From the NCBI GenBank assembly GCA_965235115.1, contig OZ249451.1, positions 1,550,001 to 1,614,000 on the forward strand: a DNA stretch of 64,000 bases, read 5' to 3'. The stretch comes from Laetmonice hystrix. Lineage: Eukaryota. Position 1 is the first letter of the stretch, and the number at the start of each line of letters is the position of its first letter. This document shows positions 52,575 through 62,866 of this stretch, piece after piece. A program made the position numbers and the translations under genes. Under the pieces are notes generated by a model that worked only from the letters and a program-made list of their open reading frames with translations, had not been told where the DNA came from and searched no databases.

Positions 52575-52863
52575 CCCACATGGCATACATAGACATGGCG
52601 TCCTGTGTGGTCGGTGTGCCCATAAACATGTTCATTGGTATGGAGGGGTGCCCCATGGACGGGAAGGGGGACGGGGGGGTTGGCGTACCCCCCGGGCTGG
52701 ATGCTAACACCACCGGTGACGCTAGCGAGGATGACGCCGAGGGTGTCGCCACAGACACCGAGACAGAAGTTGAGCTGAGATCTGTAGCCATGGCGGCGGC
52801 GTGTAGGCTGGCAGCCGCCGCGGTGACCGTGTGTGACGGTGGAGCGGCCGGTGTTTCCATCAT
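52575..52863 (-). CDS. First coding exon of the same bZIP gene (Ser/Ala/Pro-rich N-terminus ending MYAMW-G)
   Basis: ATG at 52863 with an in-frame TAG upstream (52983-52981). The donor TGG G|gtaggt is phase 1 and joins the phase-1 acceptor at 2305 to read MYAMWGPSNAVAHAIALTQQTQRRPRSEKK. Spliced CDS is 289+302=591 nt, 196 aa. Extra internal exons cannot be excluded. Confidence 0.75.
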
Positions 52864-52952
52864 CGTGAGACGGTGAGAAGGACCGCCTGAGGAGGATGAG
52901 TCCCGGCGGTCGGTCGGCGGTCGGTCGGTGGGTGACGGGCGGGGAGAGGCGG

Positions 52953-52988
52953 TCAGCGGGCAGTCCGGGACTGCCAGGGACTAGTCAT
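52953..52988 (-). other. Upstream ORF (MTSPWQSRTAR*) in the inferred 5' leader of the bZIP gene
   Basis: gcgATGa at 52988, TGA at 52955-52953; ends 89 nt before the main ATG. Depends on the inferred transcription start near 53035. Confidence 0.45.
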
Positions 52989-53029
52989 CGCTGATTACAG
53001 CTCTAATATCTCCTCCTCTCTTCACAAAG

Positions 53030-53135
53030 TCCAGCTTGCTTTGTTCTCCAGTCCACACTCCTTATATCTAACTCCTTAATTCAATACCGTGTCCCTCACA
53101 ACAATCTCAAACCAATCCACTCGGCCGCCCTCAAT
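53030..53135 (-). promoter_or_regulatory. Putative core promoter of the bZIP gene
   Basis: TATAAG on the minus strand at 53066-53061, CCAAT at 53112-53116 and a GC box (gggcgg on minus) near 53125-53130, about 200-270 bp upstream of the ATG in canonical order. Confidence 0.5.
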
Positions 53136-53855
53136 TAAATTCCACTTCTCTTTCTTCTCTATAACGATCTATGTATATTTGGCTTTCAAAATGTCATATT
53201 GCCTTTCTGTAAATCAACAATCTTAAGATTAACAAATTTTGGAAAATTAAAAGTTGTCAAATGCCTTTCTTGCGGGTAGCAAGAAACAAGAGTTATGTAT
53301 TAATTATACAACTCCCGCCAACAGCGTCGGTATGGAGGCGGACGTCTTACGGAAGGTTATCAAGTGTAGATTATTGTCATCTTAATGATCTCGTAACGGT
53401 CACCAAGTCTGGTCACATTCTCCACAATCACTGTGGAGAATGAGAATCTATAATCTAGGAAACGATTGTGACCGATATCAACAACTTTCCGATCTCCTGT
53501 TCCTCTGTCGGGTTCCCTCTGTCCTCCTTACACGACAGCTTGTAATAGTGATTCTCCTATTCTCCTTACTCAGTTATACTGGATGTCGTAATATGTAAAT
53601 ATAGTCCCTGATTAAATGTCATCCGATGTGTCCTCCTTCTCCTCCTAGTCACCCGTGTCCTGTTTAAACGTCTCACGAAAGTCACAGTTCGCTGAGAAAA
53701 TGGTCTTTTAACGACGCCCTGTTACCTCATTCAGCGTTCCGTGGCGTGGCGTCTCTGTGGTCAGAGCTCGGACAGGTCAGCGTTCATCCTGACAGTCTGA
53801 TTCCGTCTGTCTTCCTGTCTCCTTCCTATCCTAGTCACAAACTGTCCCTGTTTTA

Positions 53856-54130
53856 ATGTCCCTTGTTGTGCTGACAATCCGAGAGGTTGATGTATGGAGG
53901 AGTGAGACACCTCAGGTCTGTGGACAGCGTCCGTCCAGCGTTCTCACGGCGTCCCTGTCATGTCGTCAGATAGCGTCCAGCGTCCGTAACCGAGGAGACA
54001 GCCTCCTCCTCCTCCTGCTCCTTGTCCTCCACTGCCAGCCGGGCGGTGTGATCAGTCTCAGCGGGACGATGGACGGACAGGCCCGGGTAGCTGACTCCTC
54101 CAGGTCACACGGGATGGTTAGACACGGAAG
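53856..54130 (+). CDS. Candidate first coding exon of a divergent plus-strand gene (possible secreted or membrane protein)
   Basis: Open frame of 91 codons with a hydrophobic LLLLLLLVL segment followed by small residues, ending at a strong donor AAG|gtaagc (phase 2). No recognisable domain and no confirmed downstream exon. Confidence 0.3.
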
Positions 54131-55445
54131 GTAAGCTGTCGTTACGACGACCTGACTCCTGGCTCGGGTCTGGGGCAATGTTGAACACGTGTTACGACGT
54201 TACGGAGCTCAGCGCTCGCGATATGTAAGTGTGGGTCGGCTGCGTGCGTTCGGACGTGCGTGTGTGGGTGGGCGGGCGGTGTGAACTGCGCATGTCCGTG
54301 CAGGGCGAGGCGGGGTGGAGTTCCGGTGAGCTAACTGACCACCGTCCGTCCGGCTGTCCGTGTGTCACACGTCCCTGTGCCCAGCGTCTCTCATGATACT
54401 GTCGTCATATATTACATGTGATCAAGTCAATCAACCAGCCAGCACGTGTATCTCTCAGGGTTATATACCCCATCCTCTGGGGGACGCTGGGGGTATTATA
54501 GGGGGTACACACCCTGATCACCACTCGGGACGGGTGCCAGGTGTGAGGGGTGCGGGTTATTGCCCCTGGTTGATGGCGTCAGGTTGACCACTCAGCACAC
54601 AGTCAGCTGATCTCGATCACCATGTGCTCTATGGATCAAACATCAACACATCACCGCATGCTCGAGCTGGCTATACCACCCTCTCTAACCGGAGTGGGGG
54701 GTACACGGGGGGCAGGGCTCCTCACCCCAACACCGCACAGCTCACTCGGCGGTTGGTAAACCTTCACACGCACTGACCTATACCCATCCGATCACAGGGT
54801 CCAGTAATGATGGTTGTCTGGTGCTGACCATCGCTGACCACTAACTGACCACGACTTGACCGGGATCCTGGCCGCCCGCCCCGCTGTGTTCTTACATCCA
54901 CGGCCCCTCAGTCCTGCCACTGATTGCCACCGACCTCACTGGTGCTGATAGTCGTACGATCATCTCCTGTTTACATCCTTCTGTCACAGCTCTGGTCTAC
55001 CCTATACCCCTCCTACAGGTGTCACGGGGTGGTAGGCAGCACGCGTCTACTGACCCTCACCGAGGGGTAGATAATCCATGAACCCAAGCGTCAGGATCTG
55101 GAGTCCGGGTACAGAGAGCCAGCACCGCTCAGTGCTCACCCTGATTCGGTGTTGGCAGAGGCCGCATGGTCAGGTCAAGGGTGGCTTCCTACTCCACTGC
55201 TGGCTGGCCGGGGTGGGGGAGGGTGGAGGGTGGGGGAGGGTGGGGTGGGGGCAGCGCGTAATGATTGCTAGCCTCATAAACCACAACACCGCAACATGGC
55301 GCAAGTATACATAACCTCAGCAATCAGGTCAACAGGTCAGAGTTCAAAGGTCGACTCGGAGTAACTACTCCTACCTTTACCTGTGATTTCTTACCCCGAC
55401 TGGTGGTGGATCTAAACGATCTGTGAGGGTTAACTACCCTCATCA

Positions 55446-56077
55446 AAGTGGGATCAGGCACCAGTTACCTATACCCAGTGGGATCAGGCACCAGTTACCT
55501 ATACCCAGGTAAAGTGGGATCAGGCACCAGTTACCTATACCCAGGTAAAGTGGGATCAGGCACCAGTTACCTATACCCAGGTAAAGTGGGATCAGGCACC
55601 AGTTACCTATACCCAGGTAAAGTGGGATCAGGCACCAGTTACCTATACCCAGTTAAAGTGGGATCAGGCACCAGTTACCTATACCCAGTGGGATCAGGCA
55701 CCAGTTAGCCTATACCCACTGGGATCAGGCACCGGTTACCTATACCCAGGTAAGGTGGGATCAGGCACCAGTTACCTATACCCAGTGGGATCAGGCACCA
55801 GTTACCTATACCCAGTTAAAGTGGGATCAGGCACCAGTTACCTAGATACCCAGTGGGATCAGGCACCAGTTACCTATACCCAGTGGGATCAGGCACCAGT
55901 TACCCAGTGGGATCAGGCACCAGTTACCCAGTGGGATCAGGCACCAGTTACCTATAGCCAGTGGGATCAAGCACCAGTTAGCCTACCTATACCCAGTGGG
56001 ATCAGGCACCAGTTACCCAGTGGGATCAGGCACCAGTTACCTATACCCAGTGGGATCAGGCACCAGTTACCTATACC
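55446..56077. repeat. 30/36-bp minisatellite with shorter variants
   Basis: Unit gtgggatcaggcaccagttacctatacccag(gtaaa). Confidence 0.93.
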
Positions 56078-56269
56078 TATAATGGGTGTAAAGATGCAGA
56101 TAAACTTTACATTCCGGTGGATGAAAACACTGGCCACTTGACCACTGTCTACGTCATGACCTTGACACGTGACGTATATAGTCTCAACATGTCGACGCCT
56201 CTAGGACTCGGCGCCTCGCCTGTATCGGGGTCGATGTCGTAATACACAGTCACCGTCGGTGATCGACCC

Positions 56270-56520
56270 CAGCTACGGGCGGGGCGGGCGGGGCGGGCGG
56301 GGCGGGCGGGTGACCGGGCGGACGGACCGGGCGGGCGGACGTCATTGTTACCGGGTATCGGCCACAGAGAACTGCTCACAACGGGCCCTGTACATAATCA
56401 ATACTCAAGTCCGTGGTGCTACACAGACGACGGTGGCGGTGAGCGGGTCGTCCCTTTACAAGGATCATTGTGTTACCAGGTCAAGGTGAAGGTCAGCGTC
56501 TAGGTCACGTGACGTAAATC
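56270..56520. promoter_or_regulatory. GC-rich regulatory island: tandem GC boxes plus overlapping E-box and CRE/D-box hybrid
   Basis: Repeated GGGGCGGGC near 56280-56305; GTCACGTGACGTAA at 56504-56517. Confidence 0.35.
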
Positions 56521-56847
56521 TCAGTCACCTGGTCCCAAAGATCTCAGCAGCATCCTCACATCTGCATCCCCCATCTTACTATGTTTGATAGATTTAACTC
56601 CGTCCCTTCCTGCACTCATTCTGTCATTGCTAGGGTCAAGGTATACCTCTCACACCGTCAGGACCCATTCATGTACGCCTACATCTTTTGTTGATACGAT
56701 TTAGGCCCTACCTTTGTCTATTTAACCTTATTCCCATTTTTCCAAATCTCAACATTTCTATCTTCACTCTGACACATGATAAACTGTGCAATTTATTTGT
56801 AAATTTGTCAGGTTATTACATCTTTCTGGATCTTACGGCATGATATA

Positions 56848-57698
56848 TCGGGTGGATAAAAAAAAACGCCCCGAACTTTAAACTTTAATATTTCAAAAAC
56901 TATGCATTATAATTCAATAAAATTTCCCTTAATATCACTTCATGATATTGTCTCTGGTATGTTAAAGTCTCAGCTCAATAGCTTTGATATTATTCCCGTG
57001 GCGCTAAAAACAAAAATCAGTGTCTAAAAATGCAATGCCGGAATTAGGTCAAATATCATCGAGCTGCCAGGTGTCCAATTTGACACCTGTTTGATGCACC
57101 GCATTGTACCTTGGGTAAAAAAAATCAATATTTAGTTTTTGCGTGTTTTACAATATGTATCATGTTGTGGACCACTAGATATAATAAAATATGTGCTATT
57201 CCTAGAACTTTTAGAGAAAAACAGATGTTTAATGTGCCAAACCCTACAGAGAAACTGCAACATTAGGACGATATGACTGTAACGAGAAGTTCAAGGGAAA
57301 TCGTATCATTATCACGTTTAGAAACACGTTCAGAACGTTGCGTATTTCCCAATGTTGCTAAGATATCTCCTATCAGAGATCAGGAAGTGCATTGGCTTAT
57401 GGAAAAAGAGACTTAGAGCAGTATGAAGTGAAAACAGGGGACCGATTGACCACCTACTCTAGTGTGAGGCCAGGGACTCTGGTGCGACTACCACTCGCTT
57501 TAGCCCGGCATTGCACTTTTGTACAATGATTTTTGTTTTTAGCCCCACGGAAATATTATCCAAGCTATTGAGTTGTAACATTAACAACTAAGAGACAACA
57601 TAATGAAGTGATATTAAGAAAAATTTCATTGAATTACAATCATTACTTTCTGAAATATTGAAGTATAAAGTTCGGGGCGTTTTTTTTTATCCACCCGA
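56848..57698. mobile_element. Non-autonomous Tc1/mariner-type element (MITE, 851 bp) with long TIRs
   Basis: TA on both flanks (56846-56847, 57699-57700). The outer 33 bp tcgggtggataaaaaaaaacgccccgaacttta are perfectly inverted; imperfect inversion continues about 194 bp (56848-57041 vs 57505-57698). No transposase ORF inside. Confidence 0.88.
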
Positions 57699-58759
57699 TA
57701 TTACCCCACCGATATAGATTAAGTGATCGCTGAGCTGGAGTTCCTCACGGAGGTAAGCTGAGTAGGTTTCAGCAACACCAGGGTAGGTTTCAGCAGAACC
57801 TGGTGAGGTTTCCGACAATGTACAATTGTAGGTGGCTTATGATGCGTCAACCTGCGCTATACAATTACATGAGTGATATAATGAAGATATTATATCACGA
57901 CTTGTTAATGTAGAGATGTACAGTCGAGATATGACATGATACTGAACAAGTCGTTAATGTACATCTCACCTTTCCCACTCACACTCAGTCAAAGTACACG
58001 TATTCGGGAACGTCAGGTTGAAAGGCCATGTCAGACTAAAGATTCTGTGTTTTAAGATTGATTCAAGGTCTGCCTATTAGCCTATAACTGGGCATGAAGG
58101 TGAGAAACGATGCCATGGAGGTTACAGAAACATTTCAATCTCTGTAAACAACGGGGGTTTTCTTCATATAGAAATCATTATAGAAATAATATATCAGCAT
58201 TCTGTAATTGATTCCATTGTTCTGACTTCAAGAATTCAAACATCTGTCAAAGGCTGCCTGATGTATACATTGCCCTGTGACCTTTTACTTGATCCTCCAC
58301 AGGTAGGACTCCTGAATCCTGTGTTACTGAAGTAAATCGTTTTGCTGTCGTATCAATTGCAGCCAGTTCTAAAGTGCAGCAATCAGTATTGATGACTGAT
58401 GACATTATAGCTGGACCGAATGATGAGTATTAACTGTTCAAGTCAAGGTGACGTTACTTGGACACAGAGATCATGTAATATCATGGAGACGAACATTTGA
58501 TGTGACACCATTGTTCTTCCTGTCACCGTCACCCAGGGCAACCATTGGTTCATACATACTTATCCTCAATATATATGTAACACAACCCAAAGGCGCTCAA
58601 CTATGAGCTAATAATTTGAATTTCATCATCATTGGGTGAAATATGAGAGTTTTCAAAGGTTGCCCTTTAATTCACGTGCAAAAGTCGGGTCCTCTGAGGA
58701 CTTCTGACCGTTACCATAGTAACAGGAGTTTCTCTTTGATCTCGGGGATTTCTGAGGTG

Positions 58760-59382
58760 AGTTACCTACCACCTGATCAGTCAGTTACCTGACTGAGTTA
58801 CCTACCACCTGATCAGTCAGTTACCTGACTGAGTTACCTACCACCTGATCAGTCAGTTACCTGACTGAGTTACCTACCACCTGATCAGTCAGTTACCTGA
58901 CTGAGTTACCTACTAGCTGATTAGCCATTTACCTGAGTTACCTACTATTTGATCAGTCAGTTACTTGAGTTGCCTACTACCTGATCAGTCAGTTACCTGA
59001 GTTGCCTACTACCTGGTCAGTCAGTGACCTGGGTGACCTACTACCTGGTCAGTCAGTTACCTGAGTTACCTACTACCTGGTCAGTCAGTTACCTGAGTTA
59101 CCTACTACTTGTTTGGTCAGTTACCTGAGTTACCTACTACCTGGTCAGTCAGTTACCTGAGTTGCCTACTACCTGGTCAGTCAGTTACCTGAGTTGCCTA
59201 CTACCTGGTCAGTTAGTTACCTGAGTTACCTACTACCTGGTCAGTCAGTTACCTGAGTTACCTAACACCTTGTCAGTCAGTTACCTGAGTTACCTACTAC
59301 CTGATCAATCAGTTACCTGAGTTACCTACCACCTGATCAGTCAGTTACCTGAGTTACCTACTACCTGATCAGTCAGTTACCT
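58760..59382. repeat. 32/36-bp minisatellite, about 19 copies
   Basis: Unit tgagttacctactacctg(a/g)tcagtcagttacc. Confidence 0.93.
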
Positions 59383-60859
59383 AATATTTCATCTTCAGTT
59401 ACCTTAGTTAGCACCTGTCTAGTTCTCTGACACCTGAACAGCCAAGTTACCTGGCATATCGTACTAAATATCACAGTTCTTTTGACCGCCCGTCATAAGT
59501 TTGTGACACATAATGTCCACGTATGTAACTTATTCAAATTTTCCACACTTACCGAAAGTGAACTTTCTGTTAAGGAACTTCAAAATGTCAGAGGTCAAAG
59601 GTGAGAGTGGACATTGATAATGCCCGTTACGTAATCACGAAGAAGACGAGCCGAGGGTGAGGGGTGAGGGGTGAGTGGTGAGGGGGCCGATGTGTTGGGA
59701 TAGGGTGAGAGAATTCCTCAGTGTGGGGGTAGAGACAACTCGCCTTGCACCCTACTTCACCCCAATCCGTATGTCACCCACAGTTTGTGTACACAGGGTT
59801 CCCCGAACCTTCACTAGATTACCATCTCCAGTTTCACAGCCACCTATCCACATCGACTTATCTCTAACGACTTTTAAATTCAAATCCCGTTTTCTCCTTG
59901 TTACAGATCCAGGATTTTGACAAGGAGAGTTGAAAGATGACTATTACAAGGACAAGCTGACAAAACTGGGTGAAGGGGAAATACGGGCACCTCATAACGA
60001 GGAGACGAACTACAGATGTTTGAAGATAACATTTCGATCAGGAAGACTATCAATTGTTTCACAGGAAGAGAAGAACCGTAATTTTCCTTTTCCTTTGAGG
60101 AAACGTGTCTATTTGTTATTTTTCTTCCACAGAAATCTTATGTGCCTCACCCTTTGATAGACCTGCACCCCCCCCCCCCCCCCAACCCTGCAGCGGAAGT
60201 TTACAGAATTCTAGAGACAAAACTTCTGGAATAATGTGCGTCATGTCCCCCAACTGACCACGTTATAAAACCAACTCTCTCTATCTCTGTCTCTCTCTCT
60301 ATCTGTCTCAGTCTTCCCCCCCCCCTCTCTCTCCTCGCCGCCCTGACAGCCGACTCTTAACTTCAGTGGCGCCACCTGGGTGGACCCACACCAACTACCG
60401 TTTCTGTTTCCAACTCTTAACCTCAGTCAACCTTATAAAACTTCGGTCTCTTAAAATATGGAATCTTTCCTTGAAATTCTTATTCCCCAACAAATTCACA
60501 TTCTCTGCGACCCCCCCCCCCTTCACAAAGGGCACCTAGGACATTGAATTTGAAACTTGTAGTAAATCTCTTTTCATGTAGCCAACGTTAAATCAAGATA
60601 CTTGATTGGTTCGGATTCAGTCATGTAGCCTACATATATTAAAGTTTCTAGTGGTTGTTTATTATCGAAACTCACCATATGCTCTGATAAAATCTCATAA
60701 TTTAGACCCCTCAAACACTGCCTGTGGACCTTCAATATGTGTTCAGTCTTTAGCTCTGTAAATATCTCTGAATCTAATGGCAGAAATTTGTGTATGTTCA
60801 TACAACCTGAAGATTAGCAGCATTTTAAGTAAGTATACTCAACGGCCGGTTGAAATATA

Positions 60860-61066
60860 ATCTGCGGTCAGCGGCGGTACATGCCGGCGGAGCTGAAAAT
60901 AACTGAATGCAAGCAGCGCTCAACGATACACAATGGCTGGACACTGGGTCTGAGCGTCCCGCGCGACCTTTTGACCTGTGAGAATCAACACGGCCGCCCG
61001 CAGCCTCTGATCATCGCTCGGCGGAAGGTCTTCCGATGGGCGTATTAATCCGGGGTGCAGACAATG
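60860..61066 (+). other. Candidate first exon ending in ATG (start boundary approximate)
   Basis: acaATG|gtgagt at 61064-61072 (A at -3, consensus donor) in GC/CpG-rich DNA, followed by a GC-rich intron-like stretch. Confidence 0.3.
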
Positions 61067-61915
61067 GTGAGTAGACCGAGTGGTGGGGAGAGAACGGCCA
61101 TGCAGGGCCCGGCGGGCGGCGGCCGGGAGGGGCGGCGGGCGGGCGGCGGGGGCCGGTGGACCGGATGGGGTAAGGACAAACCCTACCCTCATCCACAGAA
61201 TATTATCGTACAGATTAATGACACAGTGTCTGAGAGAGACAGAGATCGGGATCACCAAGTCGTCACTCTCCCTCTCGTCTGACTACAAGGGTAACCGGTA
61301 ACACTGGACAAGGATGAGATCCTGACTTCACTGAAAAACCTTAATAACTGCCAAACCAAACTATCCGAGAGAATTATCAATAAACTTGACTAACCCTTCT
61401 CATTTAAATACTTCAATACTTCCGTATACTGTATCATAATGAGATCAAGTACCGGTTGATAAATCCACTTTATGCCTACAATATTGTGAAATGTTTTGTT
61501 TGGGCTATGTTTGATCTGTTAGTCTGTCATTTTACATTATCTCAGGATCCTTATCTTAATTTCGAAAAATTTCAGTTGGCGATATTTGAAAACAAACAAA
61601 GAAATGTGTCTGGGAGGTATAGACGAAGTCCGTCCGTCAGTCTTTGTCGATTCACAGATAATCACGCCAGTCAACATTGAAACCTCGCTGGACCATGAAC
61701 TGACCAGTGGAACATTATGTCCTGTAAATCAAGTATACATTCTCCCAGGGACCCGTTGTTATCGTCACAGAGTGCAAGGAGCACGTGTAGGATGAAGAGA
61801 TACTTTCTAGCTGTTTGTGTCTTTGTCTGAGACGCCGGTGCCTGCGGGCCATCATCGGACTAAGTACACGGCGCACTGTGGCTTTTATTCCGTTACACTT
61901 CATCTCCGCCCTCCC

Positions 61916-61962
61916 AGCACCCCTGCCCGGCCCTGCCCGGCCCTGCCCCGGCCCTGCCCGGT
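61916..61962. repeat. 10-bp GC-rich short repeat
   Basis: cctgcccggc x4. Confidence 0.75.
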
Positions 61963-62451
61963 CCTGCACCGGCTCCGGCCCCAGACCCGGTCCGGGGAGA
62001 GCGCACTGCGGGTCCGGCCTCTGCACTCCCCAGCCCAGCGCCCATGCAGCGCACGGTGGGGTGGGCCCCGCGGAATACGGCGGGGAGCTGGTGGCTGTCT
62101 CCAAACGCCTGTCTCCACGACTTTCCATAGCTTCTATCAGGTTCTGATTCTTAACTATTTAACGCCGAGTAGGTCTCGTCCTCTACTTGAATTAAACATA
62201 GGCTGGCATATCTCGCGTTAAAATGGAAAAACTTGGAAAGCGACAGTAAAATATCAGGTTAGACAAGTTGAAATCCGAGGTCACCGGAAAGTCGAAACCA
62301 CCACGCCGGCCTTGTTATGGTTGTGCGGGAGACACAGGAAATGTCAAATAACCTCGGGGTTAGGTCCATTTAAGTAACTCTTTCACAGGAACCCCCCTCC
62401 CCCTTTATACTGTTATAGGGAGACTCAGACCGAGAGCCGCGGACAGAGAGG

Positions 62452-62866
62452 NNNNNNNNNNNNNNNNNNNNNNNNNNNNNNNNNNNNNNNNNNNNNNNNN
62501 NNNNNNNNNNNNNNNNNNNNNNNNNNNNNNNNNNNNNNNNNNNNNNNNNNNNNNNNNNNNNNNNNNNNNNNNNNNNNNNNNNNNNNNNNNNNNNNNNNNN
62601 NNNNNNNNNNNNNNNNNNNNNNNNNNNNNNNNNNNNNNNNNNNNNNNNNNNNNNNNNNNNNNNNNNNNNNNNNNNNNNNNNNNNNNNNNNNNNNNNNNNN
62701 NNNNNNNNNNNNNNNNNNNNNNNNNNNNNNNNNNNNNNNNNNNNNNNNNNNNNNNNNNNNNNNNNNNNNNNNNNNNNNNNNNNNNNNNNNNNNNNNNNNN
62801 NNNNNNNNNNNNNNNNNNNNNNNNNNNNNNNNNNNNNNNNNNNNNNNNNNNNNNNNNNNNNNNNNN
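62452..62866. other. Assembly gap (415 N)
   Basis: Run of N. Confidence 0.98.

Noticed and set aside
53266-53286. Hairpin TTTCTTGC-GGGTA-GCAAGAAA as a terminator
   Set aside because: Eukaryotic context, and an 8-bp stem is expected by chance in 64 kb.
59930-60157. MKDDYYKDK ORF as a coding exon
   Set aside because: From the strong acceptor at 59907 all three frames hit stops within 12 codons, and the ORF begins with TTG.
60574-60801. Minus ORF with IKYLDLTL resembling a LINE reverse-transcriptase KYLG motif
   Set aside because: Single weak motif with no other RT motifs nearby.
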